Shown: positions 1 to 12,252, numbered from the stretch's first letter. The stretch is DNA of 64,000 bases from Escherichia coli (GCF_003334405.1 NZ_QOWM01000009.1), one strand, 5' to 3'. The notes: generated by a model not told the origin, from the sequence alone. Made by a program: numbers and translations.

Positions 1-1
1 G

Positions 2-605
<604 letters not shown>

Positions 606-607
<2 letters not shown>

Positions 608-644
608 ATAAACGGGAGGCGAAGGTGCCTCCCGTTTTGCTTTC
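606..644. terminator. Bidirectional intrinsic terminator between convergent envZ and pckA
   Basis: 9-bp stem ACGGGAGGC / GCCTCCCGT (612-620, 627-635), loop GAAGGT, A-run before and TTTTGCTTT after. Confidence 0.75.
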
Positions 645-682
645 TATAAGATACTGGATAGATATTCTCCAGCTTCAAATCA

Positions 683-2305
683 TTACAGTTTCGGACCAGC
701 CGCTACCAGCGCGGCACCCGCAGGGGTGTCGGTGTATTTATCGAAGTTGTCGATAAACAGTTTCGCCAGGGTTTCGGCTTTTTCCTGCCACTGTTCCGGA
801 GAAGCGTAGGTGTTACGCGGATCGAGAATCTTCGTGTCTACGCCCGGCAGTTCGGTTGGGATCGCCAGGTTAAACATCGGCAGAGTGAAGGTTTCTGCAT
901 TATCCAGCGAACCGTTGAGGATGGCGTCGATAATGGCGCGGGTATCTTTAATCGAGATACGTTTGCCAGTGCCGTTCCAGCCAGTGTTAACCAGATAAGC
1001 CTGCGCGCCCGCCGCCTGCATACGTTTCACCAGCACTTCTGCGTACTGAGTCGGGTGCAGCGACAGGAATGCCGCGCCGAAGCAAGCGGAGAAGGTTGGC
1101 GTCGGTTCGGTGATGCCACGCTCAGTACCGGCCAGTTTGGCGGTGAAGCCAGAGAGGAAGTGATACTGGGTTTGATCGGCAGTCAGGCGAGAAACCGGCG
1201 GCAACACGCCGAAAGCATCAGCAGTCAGGAAGATAACCTTAGTCGCGTGGCCCGCTTTGGAAACCGGCTTAACAATGTTATCGATGTGATAGATCGGATA
1301 AGAAACGCGGGTGTTCTCGGTTTTTGAACCATCATCAAAGTCGATAGTGCCATCTTCACGCACGGTGACGTTTTCCAGCAACGCATCACGACGGATAGCG
1401 TTGTAGATTTCAGGTTCCGCTTCTTTCGACAGCTTGATAGTTTTTGCGTAGCAGCCGCCTTCGAAGTTAAACACGCCGTCATCGTCCCAGCCGTGTTCGT
1501 CATCGCCAATCAGGCGACGTTTCGGGTCGGTGGAAAGGGTGGTTTTACCGGTGCCGGAAAGGCCGAAGAACACCGCAACATCGCCTTTCTCACCAACGTT
1601 GGCGGAGCAGTGCATAGAAGCGATACCTTTCAGCGGCAGCAGGTAGTTCATCATCGAGAACATCCCTTTCTTCATTTCGCCGCCGTACCAGGTGCCGCCA
1701 ATCAGCTGCATGCGCTCGGTCAGGTTAAACGCCACGAAGTTTTCGGAGTTGAGACCCTGTTCTTTCCACTGCGGGTTAGTGCACTTCGCGCCGTTCATAA
1801 CGATAAAGTCTGGTTTGAAACCTGCCAGTTCTTCATCGCTCGGGCGAATAAACATGTTTTTGACAAAATGCGCCTGCCAGGCCACTTCGGTGATGAAACG
1901 GACGGAAAGACGAGTATCCGGGTTCGCACCACAGAAAGCGTCGACAACGAACAGACGTTTGCCGGAAAGCTGCCTGGTCACCAGGCCTTTCAGATGCTGC
2001 CAGGTTTCCGGAGAGAGAGGTTTGTTGTCGTTCTTACCTTTGCCTTTGTCTGCCCACCAGAAAGTATCGCGAGTGGTATCGTCACGGACGATATACTTAT
2101 CTTTTGGTGAACGACCGGTGAAGATCCCGGTATCGACGGCAACGGCACCCAGATTAGTTAACACCCCGCGCTCATAACCTGTCAGGCTCGGATCGAGCTC
2201 TTCCTGATACAGCAGGTCGTAGCTTGGGTTGTAAACGATATCATGTACGTCACTGATACCATAAGCCTCGAGTTCTTGCGGGGTCAAACCATTGTTAACG
2301 CGCAT
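683..2305 (-). CDS. pckA: Phosphoenolpyruvate carboxykinase (ATP)
   Basis: 540 aa from ATG at 2303-2305 ([17 protein letters not shown]..) with AAGGAG SD; kinase P-loop GLSGTGKTT; ORF-track start 2374 is an upstream in-frame extension. Confidence 0.95.
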   Translation of the reverse strand: MRVNNGLTPQELEAYGISDVHDIVYNPSYDLLYQEELDPSLTGYERGVLTNLGAVAVDTGIFTGRSPKDKYIVRDDTTRDTFWWADKGKGKNDNKPLSPETWQHLKGLVTRQLSGKRLFVVDAFCGANPDTRLSVRFITEVAWQAHFVKNMFIRPSDEELAGFKPDFIVMNGAKCTNPQWKEQGLNSENFVAFNLTERMQLIGGTWYGGEMKKGMFSMMNYLLPLKGIASMHCSANVGEKGDVAVFFGLSGTGKTTLSTDPKRRLIGDDEHGWDDDGVFNFEGGCYAKTIKLSKEAEPEIYNAIRRDALLENVTVREDGTIDFDDGSKTENTRVSYPIYHIDNIVKPVSKAGHATKVIFLTADAFGVLPPVSRLTADQTQYHFLSGFTAKLAGTERGITEPTPTFSACFGAAFLSLHPTQYAEVLVKRMQAAGAQAYLVNTGWNGTGKRISIKDTRAIIDAILNGSLDNAETFTLPMFNLAIPTELPGVDTKILDPRNTYASPEQWQEKAETLAKLFIDNFDKYTDTPAGAALVAAGPKL

Positions 2306-2423
2306 TTCACTGCTCCTTAGCCAATATGTATTGCCTGAATAGTAAAGTCTTTTTGGGGGTGTTAACCGCGACAAGGCTCATAGATTTACGTATCTGGAGA
2401 AATTCATATTTGACAAAAAACTC

Positions 2424-2439
2424 CGTGATTCCTGTCACG
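2424..2439. promoter_or_regulatory. Candidate CRP site upstream of pckA
   Basis: cGTGA-ttcctg-TCACg matches the TGTGA-N6-TCACA core, about 125 bp upstream of the pckA ATG. Confidence 0.45.
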
Positions 2440-2683
2440 AAACGGTTGCTATTATCGCAGAAATAGCATTTTAGGTGTGGAAAATGTTCTCAAAAGGTTA
2501 AATCTTGGTTTATATGGCGGGAATATTGTGAGTGGAATCGCATTCCTGAATGAAATTGATGCAAATTCAACCGGTAAAGTATCGATTCACCACGCTAACT
2601 TTTTTTGATTATTTTCTGAAAAAAGCAAAATACTACTGCCCGGATGCGATAATTAACCCACCTTTTGATTCTGGATAACCAAC

Positions 2684-4408
2684 ATGGATAACGTTGAACT
2701 TTCACCCGCAACACGCTGGGGGATGATTGCTACCGGATTACTTCAGGGTCTGGTTTGCTACCTGCTGATCGCCTGGCTTTCCGGAAAAAATCACAGTTGG
2801 ATTGTTTATGGCGTGCCTGCGACCGTCGCGTTTTCATCCGTTTTACTCTTCTCCGTGATCTCTTTTAAACAGAAGCGCCTTTGGGGATGGCTGGCGCTAG
2901 TGTTTATTGCCACGCTGGGGATGAGCGGCTGGCTGAAGTGGCAAACTGATGGCATGAACCCCTGGAGAGCTGAAAAGGCGCTTTGGGATTTTGGTTGCTA
3001 TCTGCTGTTGATGGCAATGTTGTTGCTACCGTGGATACAACAAAGCCTTCGCATCCGCAATGACAGTAGCCGCTATCGCTATTTTTACCAGTCAGTATGG
3101 CATAACGTACTTATATTACTGGTGATTTTTCTCGCCAATGGCTTGACGTGGCTGGTGCTTTTACTGTGGAGTGAGTTGTTTAAACTTGTTGGCATCACGT
3201 TTTTCAATACGCTCTTTTTTGCAACCGACTGGTTTATTTATCTCACGTTAGGTCTGGTTACCGCGCTGGCGGTGATCCTCGCGCGAACACAGTCACGTTT
3301 AATCGACTCTATTCAAAAGTTGTTCACGTTAATCGCCACGGGGTTGCTGCCGTTAGTATCATTGCTAACCCTGATGTTTATCATCACCCTGCCGTTTACG
3401 GGCCTGAGCGCGATTTCTCGCCACATCTCCGCCGCCGGGTTGCTGTTGACGCTGGCCTTTTTGCAATTGATCTTAATGGCTATTGTCCGCGATCCGCAAA
3501 AAGCGTCACTTCCCTGGACAGGGCCGTTGCGTTGCCTGATTAAAACCGCTTTGCTGGTTGCTCCGCTGTATGTGTTCGTCGCCGCCTGGGCGTTATGGCT
3601 GCGGGTCGCTCAGTACGGCTGGACTGTCGACCGCTTGCAGGGCGTGCTGGCGGTGCTGGTGTTACTGGTGTGGTCGCTGGGGTATTTTGTCAGCATCGTC
3701 TGGCGTAAAGGGCAAAATCCCGTTGTTCTTCAGGGCAAAGTGAACCTTGCGGTTTCGTTATTGGTGTTGGTGATACTGGTGCTTCTTAATTCGCCGGTGC
3801 TGGACAGTATGCGCATTAGCGTGAACAGCCATATGGCGCGTTATCAGAGCGGCAAAAACACGTCAGACCAGGTAACTATCTACATGCTCGAGCAGAGCGG
3901 TCGCTATGGACGTGCTGCGCTTGAGTCGCTGAAAAGCGATGCCGGGTTTATGAAAGACCCGAAACGCGCGCGGGATCTGCTGATGGCGTTAGATGGAGAG
4001 CAACATCTTCAGCAACAGGTATCGGAAAAAGTATTAGCCGATAATGTGTTAATTGCCCCTGGTTCTGTTAAACCTGATGCGACATTCTGGTCGGCCTTAA
4101 TCCAGGATCGCTATAACGTGATGACCTGTATTGAAAAAGACGCCTGCGTCCTGGTCGAGCAAGATCTGAATAGTGATGGTCAGGCGGAGCGGATCCTGTT
4201 TGCTTTTAATGATGACAGAGTCATTGTCTATGGCTTTGACTCAGACAGAAAAGAATGGGACGCGCTTGATATGAGTTTACTTCCGAACGAAATAACGAAA
4301 GAAAAATTACTCACAGCTGCGAAGGATGGAAAACTGGGGACGAAGCCTAAAGCGTGGCGCGATCTTGTAGTGGATGGTGAAAGGCTGAATGTGAATCTGA
4401 ATGAGTGA
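2684..4408 (+). CDS. yhgE: Polytopic inner-membrane protein of unknown function
   Basis: 574-aa ORF with ATG start; many hydrophobic segments followed by a soluble C-terminal domain. Confidence 0.85.
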
Positions 4409-4439
4409 CAAAGCGCATCAGGTGTATTAGTCGTAAAAT

Positions 4440-4461
4440 CCGGCAGAGCCCTCTCTGCCGG
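4440..4461 (-). terminator. Stem-loop downstream of hslO (putative terminator)
   Basis: Stem CCGGCAGAG / CTCTGCCGG with a 4-nt loop; on the minus-strand transcript it is followed by AUUUUAC. Confidence 0.4.
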
Positions 4462-4470
4462 ACATACTCA

Positions 4471-5349
4471 TTAATGAACTTGCGGATCTGCCGGAGACGC
4501 GTTGTTGCGGATTTCAGCAATATCCATCGCATTGAACAGATAGTGGTTACCGCAGTAATCACAATGCATGTCAATTTCGCCATCTTCCGCCAGGATGCTA
4601 TCAACTTCTTCATCAGGCAGCGTTTTCAGCGCATCGGCGCAACGTTCACGCGAGCAGGTGCATTTGAACTCCACATCCTGCGGATCGTAAACCGTCACCT
4701 CTTCTTCGTGATACAAACGCCACAACACTTCGTTTGCCGGTAAGGTCAGCAGTTCTTCGGTTTTGATGGTTTCGGTTAGCGTCGCCAGGTGGTCAAAGTC
4801 GTCCTGCTGGGCATTTTGCGCAGGCATTACCTGCAACAACATACCGCCTGCAGCCGGTTTGCCGTCTACGTCGCCGGTGCGAATAAACAGGCGCGTCGGC
4901 AGCTGTTCAGAACGCATAAAGTAATCTTCCAGGCAGGCCGCCAGGGTATCACCTTCCAGACCAACTACGCCCTGATAGCGTTCGCCTTCGCTCGGGGTAA
5001 TGGTGATCACCACGTAACCATTGCCGACCAGCGTTTTCAGGTCGGCATTTTCTGGAATTTCGCCCTGCACGCGCGCCACACCGCGCATCTGCTGGTTATT
5101 GTTACCGTTAATAACCGCCAGATTCATCGGACCGTCGCCCTGCAGCTGTACGGTGATATCACCATCAAACTTCAGCGTAGCGGTTAACAGGCTGGTCGCA
5201 ACCAGCAGTTCTGCCAGCACGTTTTTAACGGGCTGCGGATAATCGTGGTTCTCAAGGATCTGTTGCAGGGTTTCCGAAACGGTTACCAGTTCGCCGCGCA
5301 CGGCAAAGTTTTCAAACAGATAGCGATGTAATTGGTCATGTTGCGGCAT
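4471..5349 (-). CDS. hslO: Redox-regulated chaperone Hsp33
   Basis: C-terminal zinc centre [12 protein letters not shown]; start placed at the third in-frame ATG (MPQHDQ..) with AAGAGAG SD; ORF track gives 5355. Confidence 0.88.
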   Translation of the reverse strand: MPQHDQLHRYLFENFAVRGELVTVSETLQQILENHDYPQPVKNVLAELLVATSLLTATLKFDGDITVQLQGDGPMNLAVINGNNNQQMRGVARVQGEIPENADLKTLVGNGYVVITITPSEGERYQGVVGLEGDTLAACLEDYFMRSEQLPTRLFIRTGDVDGKPAAGGMLLQVMPAQNAQQDDFDHLATLTETIKTEELLTLPANEVLWRLYHEEEVTVYDPQDVEFKCTCSRERCADALKTLPDEEVDSILAEDGEIDMHCDYCGNHYLFNAMDIAEIRNNASPADPQVH

Positions 5350-5373
5350 AATCATCTCTCTTGCAGGTGACAG

Positions 5374-5775
5374 TTATTCACTGTCGCCGTGTTTAAATCG
5401 TAACAGGTCGCGGCGCTCTTTTTTGTCCGGGCGTCGGTCCGGGTGCGGCATGGTTAAGGCATTAAGTTTACGTGCCAGCGCCATTTTTTCGCGTTTCTCT
5501 ACACTTTCCGCAGTCTCTTCATACAGCAAGGCTGCCTCGCTGGCGGGGCGACGCTGTTCAGTAATCGCCTTTACAATCACCGTGCGTTCGTCATTTCCCT
5601 GGCGCAGAGTGAGCGTGGCATTCAGCTCGACGATTTTGCTCGGCTTGCTGCGCTGCCCGTTGTAATGCACCTTACCGCCTTCAATCATTTCACGGGCCAG
5701 CGCGCGGGTTTTATAAAAACGGGCAGCCCATAGCCATTTATCCAGTCGAACCTCAACAGCAGGTTTCTCTTTCAT
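5374..5775 (-). CDS. hslR: Ribosome-associated heat-shock protein Hsp15
   Basis: 133-aa basic S4-like protein immediately upstream of hslO on the same strand. Confidence 0.9.
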   Translation of the reverse strand: MKEKPAVEVRLDKWLWAARFYKTRALAREMIEGGKVHYNGQRSKPSKIVELNATLTLRQGNDERTVIVKAITEQRRPASEAALLYEETAESVEKREKMALARKLNALTMPHPDRRPDKKERRDLLRFKHGDSE

Positions 5776-5785
5776 GGCGTCTCCT

Positions 5786-6454
5786 TCACATTAGCGAGGG
5801 GATCAGGCGGCGGTAGTCATTCAGTGACGGATGGCGTTGATACTGTTTCTCGGCAATCCCGGAATCAGGATTAGTCACGCCGAGGCAGTAACGAATACCA
5901 AATTGCGCGGCAGCATCGAGAATCGCTTCGCTGTCATCAATAAACAGCGTTCTTTCAGCTTTCAGACCCGTAGCTTCGGCCACCGCATGCCATAACCGCT
6001 GATCCTCTTTCGGATAACCAAATGTGTGGGTGGAAAGTAATAAATCAAGGTGTGCGTCCAGACCGGTATGCTCAAGTTTTACCGCCAGGTTGTGCGGATG
6101 CGCATTGGTGAGCAAAATTCGCTGCTTACCGCTGGCTTTCAGTGCCTCAAGAAACGGAATGGTATCTTCACGCAGTACGGCACGCGGTCCCATCTCGGTG
6201 GTCATCGCACAGATATCCAGACCCAGTTGCTCACTCCAGTAATCAAGACAGTACCAGTTTAGCGTATGCTGTACGTCGTGATATTGCTGGCGCATATATT
6301 CCATCGCTTCCTGTGGCGTAACCCCGTTTTTCGCGCCCCATGTTTCAGGCACCAGCTTTTGCCAGAAATAGTTATCGAAGGCGAGGTCGAGCAACGTGCC
6401 GTCCATATCCAGCAGAACGGTATCTACGTCCTGCCAGGCAATGTTGATATGCAT
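5786..6454 (-). CDS. yrfG: HAD-superfamily nucleotidase (GMP/IMP 5'-nucleotidase)
   Basis: HAD motif I LLDMDGTLLD; 222 aa from ATG at 6452-6454 (MHINIAWQD..) with GGAG SD; ORF track extends to 6499. Confidence 0.85.
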   Translation of the reverse strand: MHINIAWQDVDTVLLDMDGTLLDLAFDNYFWQKLVPETWGAKNGVTPQEAMEYMRQQYHDVQHTLNWYCLDYWSEQLGLDICAMTTEMGPRAVLREDTIPFLEALKASGKQRILLTNAHPHNLAVKLEHTGLDAHLDLLLSTHTFGYPKEDQRLWHAVAEATGLKAERTLFIDDSEAILDAAAQFGIRYCLGVTNPDSGIAEKQYQRHPSLNDYRRLIPSLM

Positions 6455-6518
6455 GAGGGAAATCTCCAGAGTGAAGCAATTTGCGCGACAGGGTAGCATA
6501 ACCTGCCGCGCAAACGTG

Positions 6519-8654
6519 TTATTCGATAAGGCTTTCTGAAGGGGTGATCAGTTGCGGGTTCAGGCAGCTTTCATAATAGGCCTGAATCTCCATCATGCGA
6601 GTGCGATGACGCTGGTAACGACGCCAGGCCTGTACGCCATTGTAAATGGCGCTACCCAGCATCGTCAGTAGCAGCAATGTGGTGCTGAGATAGCGCCACA
6701 GGCCGGAACGATCCGGGATCGGATGAAGGCCAATATGCTGCGTACCATTGGCGTCAGTGAAGATTTTTGTGACGATACCCTCGGCGTTAAACGGCGTATG
6801 CATCAGCATTTGTGCCAGTTTCTGGAAAGCGTTCCACTGTTCTTGCGGCGGGTAGTCGTAAAGTGATGCCGAAGGCCAGGGCTGATCAACAAAATCGCTG
6901 CCTTCGTCGCTGACAATCAGGAATCCGCCGGGGGCCGGACTGTTTAGTGATTGTGCCGCTCGCGCCGTTTCATGCGTGATAAACGGCGCGGTGGAGGTTG
7001 CCACCAGGTTATCCAGCGATTCCGCACTCACCGGGCGTAATAACACATTCACGCCATCGAGCTTCCCGGCGTTGGCGCGTTTTACCAGCGCGTCCCAGTC
7101 TTTACTGTTGCCGAGATTGACCAGCGCATTTTTCAGTCGCACACAGTCATCTTTGGCAGAACATAAATCCGCTGTCTTCAGTACAATGTCGCCAAAATCA
7201 TCAAGCAATACCATGCCGGATTTTTGAATTGCTGAACGTAATGAGGCACTGACGCGAGATTCATCTTCCGGTTTAGGGTGCAGCTGGCGATTAACTGCTT
7301 CAGTCAATGCCGTCGCTTTGTTGACCAGTTCAGATTCTGGTAATGGCAATGAGCGGGCGTCGTTCCAGATGATCTGCGAGCAGTCAAACGGTAAAAAAGG
7401 TGAATTGGTTTTCGCGCTCCAGGTTCCGGAAGTTCGAATATTACACATTCCCGTACCGCTAATACGTAATGTATCGCCTACCCGCACGCCAGCGTCAGCC
7501 AGTTGTTTTACGCTGGTGGCTTCAATGGTCTGCGCGCCTTTCATCCATGAGAGAGTGAATTTCAGCGGCATATCCAGCGGGATCCAGAATAACAGCATAA
7601 ACAGCACCAGCAGCGAGCCCGCAGCGATAATCGTACTGCGCAGCCAGTGCTGTAACGGAAAGTTTTTTACTTCATCATGCAGCGAAAGATATCGTCCCTG
7701 ACGCACTACATGGCGGTCGAGATAGATATCGATATCGGTTTGTTGACCGAGATCCTGAGCAATGTATGGCTGCCAGTGTGCGGGATAGACCAGGTCGATA
7801 ATACCGAGTGAAATATTGTTGATCTGTTCCTGATCGTTTTCGCCAAACAATCCCCAACGACGGGGTGTACCGCGCAGACAATGAATTTCCCGCAGGGAGG
7901 ATTTTGCCGGGGGCGCGAATAGCCCCCACAGACCTGCGCCCAGCAGCAGTAACGCGCCGCCTGCCAGCCACGGAACAAATACATCCGGGGTAATCAGGCA
8001 GAAAAAGAACATCAGGAAGGAGGCGACGATCAGCAACGCTTCACGCAGCCCGCGCGGACGACTCAGCGCATATTCTTCATGCGTTTCTTTGCGAATATTG
8101 AGTAGCTCGATTTGCTCACTCTCTTCCCCGCGAATCGACGCCTGCGTTGACGGAACAGGTTGCAAGGCATAGCTGCGAGTTTCCTGCATGTACTCCTGCA
8201 GCGTATGACCGTTGAGTGAAATAACCAGCGGCAGCGAATCGGTATGAATCAGTTCAACGGTATTCTCATCGTTGATGTACTGTTCCCAGAAAGGGGGCAG
8301 GTGGACTTCTACCGAATCGAGGTAGTAACGCCATTTATTCGGATCGTCGGTAGAGATGCCGTAACGCGTGATAGCGTGTGTCAGCATCATGACGTTGTTG
8401 CTTTCGGCATTCAGCGCCAGAGAGATCGGTGCCGCGCTGGCTCCCGTTGGGCCAGGCACCTGTAATACCTGCGTCAGGCTCTCAAGATAATTTTCAACGG
8501 CGCTACGTTCTTCAGGTGTGAGTTTACGCGTTTGCGCATCCGCGAAGGCGTTGGTCCAGGGCAGCTGACGCCGTCTGGATCGCACTTTTATCAGCCATCC
8601 CGCAAGTAGTGAGCAGGCCAGCAAAGCAGCTAAAAAAATCACAATGGTGCTCAT
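6519..8654 (-). CDS. igaA: Inner-membrane regulator of the Rcs phosphorelay, IgaA/YrfF
   Basis: 711-aa ORF with ATG start, N-terminal TM segment and internal TM block; sits upstream of yrfG-hslR-hslO. Confidence 0.9.
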   Translation of the reverse strand: MSTIVIFLAALLACSLLAGWLIKVRSRRRQLPWTNAFADAQTRKLTPEERSAVENYLESLTQVLQVPGPTGASAAPISLALNAESNNVMMLTHAITRYGISTDDPNKWRYYLDSVEVHLPPFWEQYINDENTVELIHTDSLPLVISLNGHTLQEYMQETRSYALQPVPSTQASIRGEESEQIELLNIRKETHEEYALSRPRGLREALLIVASFLMFFFCLITPDVFVPWLAGGALLLLGAGLWGLFAPPAKSSLREIHCLRGTPRRWGLFGENDQEQINNISLGIIDLVYPAHWQPYIAQDLGQQTDIDIYLDRHVVRQGRYLSLHDEVKNFPLQHWLRSTIIAAGSLLVLFMLLFWIPLDMPLKFTLSWMKGAQTIEATSVKQLADAGVRVGDTLRISGTGMCNIRTSGTWSAKTNSPFLPFDCSQIIWNDARSLPLPESELVNKATALTEAVNRQLHPKPEDESRVSASLRSAIQKSGMVLLDDFGDIVLKTADLCSAKDDCVRLKNALVNLGNSKDWDALVKRANAGKLDGVNVLLRPVSAESLDNLVATSTAPFITHETARAAQSLNSPAPGGFLIVSDEGSDFVDQPWPSASLYDYPPQEQWNAFQKLAQMLMHTPFNAEGIVTKIFTDANGTQHIGLHPIPDRSGLWRYLSTTLLLLTMLGSAIYNGVQAWRRYQRHRTRMMEIQAYYESCLNPQLITPSESLIE

Positions 8655-8973
8655 GCTTTCCCCATCTTACTTAGTCTGTCAGGCGTGGTCAGTCGCACCG
8701 GACACAATACATGATTCTGCGGTTGGCTATCGGCAAGCGTGGAGTTTAACTTGAGCATCATTAAGCACATCACAGTAACCGCTGATCATAGCAAACCCTC
8801 TGAAGGCGGAATATCAGCAAATTCCTGGAGTTATTTCAACCTATTGACTTTTAATTTGATTTGAGGACGATTATTTATTAAGTTACATAAATGTAAATAA
8901 CATGCAATTCACATTGCCGAAAGCGTGTCCGATATCGCACAATAACCGCTGATTTCACAGCATAGATCCCACG

Positions 8974-9534
8974 ATGAGCAAATCATTACAAAAACCCACC
9001 ATTCTGAATGTTGAAACTGTAGCCCGTTCCCGACTGTTTACCGTCGAGAGCGTGGATCTGGAGTTCAGCAATGGCGTGCGGCGTGTTTATGAACGAATGC
9101 GTCCAACCAACCGGGAAGCAGTGATGATTGTGCCGATTGTGGACGATCACCTGATCCTGATCCGCGAATACGCAGTGGGAACTGAATCCTACGAATTAGG
9201 TTTTTCGAAAGGATTAATTGATCCGGGTGAAAGCGTCTACGAAGCCGCTAACCGCGAGCTAAAAGAAGAGGTTGGATTTGGAGCGAACGATCTGACTTTT
9301 TTGAAGAAGCTCAGCATGGCACCGTCTTACTTTTCCAGCAAAATGAATATCGTGGTAGCGCAAGATCTCTACCCGGAATCACTGGAAGGCGATGAGCCAG
9401 AGCCGCTACCACAGGTGCGCTGGCCGCTGGCGCATATGATGGATTTGCTGGAAGACCCTGACTTCAATGAAGCGCGCAATGTCAGTGCGCTGTTCCTCGT
9501 GCGCGAATGGTTGAAAGGGCAGGGGCGAGTGTAA
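8974..9534 (+). CDS. nudE: Nudix hydrolase (ADP-sugar diphosphatase)
   Basis: Nudix box GLIDPGESVYEAANRELKEEVGF; 186 aa. Confidence 0.9.
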   Translation: MSKSLQKPTILNVETVARSRLFTVESVDLEFSNGVRRVYERMRPTNREAVMIVPIVDDHLILIREYAVGTESYELGFSKGLIDPGESVYEAANRELKEEVGFGANDLTFLKKLSMAPSYFSSKMNIVVAQDLYPESLEGDEPEPLPQVRWPLAHMMDLLEDPDFNEARNVSALFLVREWLKGQGRV

Positions 9535-9614
9535 ATGCGTGAAGTTTGCCTGATGCACAATGTTTATCAGGCTTATGGGGTTTCTGCAATTTATTGAGTT
9601 TTCACGATTTTGTT

Positions 9615-9644
9615 AGCCGGATAACGCGTTCACGCCGTATCCGG
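9615..9644. repeat. REP element between nudE and mrcA
   Basis: GCCGGATAACGCGTTCACGCCGTATCCGGC matches the REP consensus family. Confidence 0.7.
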
Positions 9645-9674
9645 CATAAACAAGTGCACTTTGTCAGCAAACTG

Positions 9675-9697
9675 AAAAGGCGCCGAAGCGCCTTTTT
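9675..9697. terminator. Bidirectional terminator hairpin at the mrcA 3' end
   Basis: AAAAGGCGC-cgaa-GCGCCTTTTT: GC stem flanked by an A-run and a T-run, directly after the mrcA stop. Confidence 0.7.
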
Positions 9698-9699
9698 AA

Positions 9700-12252
9700 T
9701 CAGAACAATTCCTGTGCCTCGCCATTATCGATAATGGTCGTTCCCACCTCGTGCACTGCCTGTTGTGTCGGCTGCGTACCTTCGATGAAATACTCTTCGC
9801 GGCTGTTGCCACCATTAGCTAACTGCCCGGTGCTGCGATCGATATTCACCGTCACAATACCCGGTGGCGGCGTCAGCGGCTGCTCCGGCACACCTTCAAG
9901 AACGGCTTTCATATAAGCGTCCCATGCAGGCTGGGCACTCTTGGCACCGCCTTCGTAACCTGAGATCTGATCTTTAATCGCTCCGGAAGCCGTTGTATGA
10001 CCGAGATTACGACGGTGATCATCAAAGCCAATCCAGACCGAGGTCACAACGCCCGGACCGTAACCCGAGAACCACGCATCTTTCGAACTGTTAGTGGTCC
10101 CGGTTTTCCCGCCGATATCGCGACGCTGCAAATCACGACCTGCACGCCAGCCAGTACCCTGCCAGCCTGGCTCACCAAAGATATTGGTGTTCAAAGCACT
10201 CTTAATCAGGAATGCCAGCGGAGTGTTGATGACGTGCGGTGCGTACTCCTGCGCGCCAGTCTTCGCCACTAACGCCTGATTTGCCTGCTCCAGCTGCGGC
10301 ATTGGTACAGAAACATTCTGCTGCTCGCGGGAGATAGCGACATCTTCAACATCGTTATTTTCCAGCACGTTCGATTTCTGCGTATCACCGTAAATCACCG
10401 GAATATCGCATTCCGGGCAGGCTACTTTCGGTTTCGCTTCGAAAATCACGCCGCCCTGATCGTTTTCAATTTTGCTGATAAACCACGGGTCCACCAGGAA
10501 GCCGCCGTTCGCCATGACCGCGTAGCCGCGCGCCACCTGCATTGGGGTGAAGGACGCTGAACCCAGCGCCAGCGATTCGGTGTGGACAATGTTTTGTGCC
10601 GGGAAGCCGAAGCGTTGCAGATATTCTGCAGCGTAGTCGACGCCCATCGCCCGCATTGCGCGTACCATCACCACGTTTTTCGACTGACCCAGCCCCTGAC
10701 GTAAGCGAATTGGACCAGCATACTGCGGTGGTGAGTTCTTCGGCTGCCAGTCAGAACCGGCACTTGCATCCCAGCGAGAAATTGGCACATCGTTCAACAT
10801 ACTTGCCAGCGTCAGACCTTTATCCATCGCCGCGGTGTAGAGGAACGGTTTGATGTTGGAACCCACCTGACGCAGTGCCTGGGTGGCGCGGTTAAACTTG
10901 CTCTGATTGAAATCAAAGCCACCGACCAGCGCCATAACGGCACCGTTTTGCGGATTGATCGACACCAGCGCCGAGTTCACTTCCGGCACTTGTGCCAGCC
11001 ACCATGCATCGCCAACCTGACGAACCCAGATTTGCTGACCCGTTTGCAGAACATCGGTCACTTTACGCGGCGTCGGTCCTTGCTGAGTATCCGAACGGTA
11101 AGGACGCGCCCAGCGAACGCCTTCCATACTCAATGCGACGGTCGACCCGTCCGCCAGCATCGCCGTCGCTTGCTGAGGATTGGCGCTGGTGACTGCGGCA
11201 GGCAGCAGCGGACCATAGGTTGGCAGCGCCTTCAGCGTATCGGTAATCTTGTTGTTATCCCACGCCGACTCGCCCACTTTCCACAGCACATTTGCCGGGC
11301 CGCGATAGCCGTGGCGCATGTCGTAGTCCAGCACGTTATTACGTACCGCCTGCTGCGCGGCCTGCTGCACTTTGCGGGTGATGGTGGTGTAAATGCGATA
11401 ACCGTCTTCATAGGCACTTTCGCCATAACGGTTATACATCTCCTGGCGCACCATTTCGCTCAGGTACGGCGCAGAGAAAGCAATCTCCGGCGCGTGATAG
11501 TTAGCGTTAATCGCCTCAGTGCGTGTCTGATCGAACTGTTGTTGGGTGATATACCCTTCATCCAGCATCCGCGACAGCACGACGTTACGCCGCGCGACGG
11601 CACGATCCATCGAGTAGAGCGGGTTGAAGGTGGAAGGCGCTTTCGGCAGCCCGGCTATCACCGCCATTTCGTTCAGCGTCAGTTGGTCGACCGTTTTTCC
11701 GAAATAGACTTGTGCCGCAGCACCGACACCATAGGCGCGGTAACCAAGGTAAATCTTGTTCAGATAAAGCTCGAGGATCTCGTCTTTCGTCAGCAGCTGT
11801 TCAATGCGAATCGCGAGGAAGACTTCCTTAATCTTACGCATCAGCGTGCGTTCTGGACTGAGGAAGAAGTTTCTCGCCAGCTGCTGGGTAATGGTACTTG
11901 CCCCTTGTGACGCGTGACCGGAGAACAGCGCCACGCTTGCTGCACGGAAGATCCCCACCGGGTCAACGCCGTGATGCTCGTAGAAGCGGCTGTCTTCTGT
12001 CGCGATAAAGGCTTTCACCATCTCCGGTGGGATTTGATCCAACGTAACCGGAATACGACGTTTCTCACCGTATTGAGCAATCAGCTCGCCATCGGCGCTG
12101 TAAATCTGCATCGGAATTTGCAGGCGAACATCTTTTAATGTCGCCACATCCGGCAGTTGTGGCTCGATGTAGCGGTATAGGCCATAAATCGAGCCTGCTC
12201 CCAGCAGAATGCAACAGACTGCAAGGATCAAAAAATACTTTACGAACTTCAC
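9700..12252 (-). CDS. mrcA: Penicillin-binding protein 1A (bifunctional transglycosylase/transpeptidase)
   Basis: Glycosyltransferase motif EDSRFYEHHGVD and transpeptidase SxxK; 850 aa from a GTG at 12250-12252; ORF track extends to 12276. Confidence 0.93.
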   Translation of the reverse strand: MKFVKYFLILAVCCILLGAGSIYGLYRYIEPQLPDVATLKDVRLQIPMQIYSADGELIAQYGEKRRIPVTLDQIPPEMVKAFIATEDSRFYEHHGVDPVGIFRAASVALFSGHASQGASTITQQLARNFFLSPERTLMRKIKEVFLAIRIEQLLTKDEILELYLNKIYLGYRAYGVGAAAQVYFGKTVDQLTLNEMAVIAGLPKAPSTFNPLYSMDRAVARRNVVLSRMLDEGYITQQQFDQTRTEAINANYHAPEIAFSAPYLSEMVRQEMYNRYGESAYEDGYRIYTTITRKVQQAAQQAVRNNVLDYDMRHGYRGPANVLWKVGESAWDNNKITDTLKALPTYGPLLPAAVTSANPQQATAMLADGSTVALSMEGVRWARPYRSDTQQGPTPRKVTDVLQTGQQIWVRQVGDAWWLAQVPEVNSALVSINPQNGAVMALVGGFDFNQSKFNRATQALRQVGSNIKPFLYTAAMDKGLTLASMLNDVPISRWDASAGSDWQPKNSPPQYAGPIRLRQGLGQSKNVVMVRAMRAMGVDYAAEYLQRFGFPAQNIVHTESLALGSASFTPMQVARGYAVMANGGFLVDPWFISKIENDQGGVIFEAKPKVACPECDIPVIYGDTQKSNVLENNDVEDVAISREQQNVSVPMPQLEQANQALVAKTGAQEYAPHVINTPLAFLIKSALNTNIFGEPGWQGTGWRAGRDLQRRDIGGKTGTTNSSKDAWFSGYGPGVVTSVWIGFDDHRRNLGHTTASGAIKDQISGYEGGAKSAQPAWDAYMKAVLEGVPEQPLTPPPGIVTVNIDRSTGQLANGGNSREEYFIEGTQPTQQAVHEVGTTIIDNGEAQELF

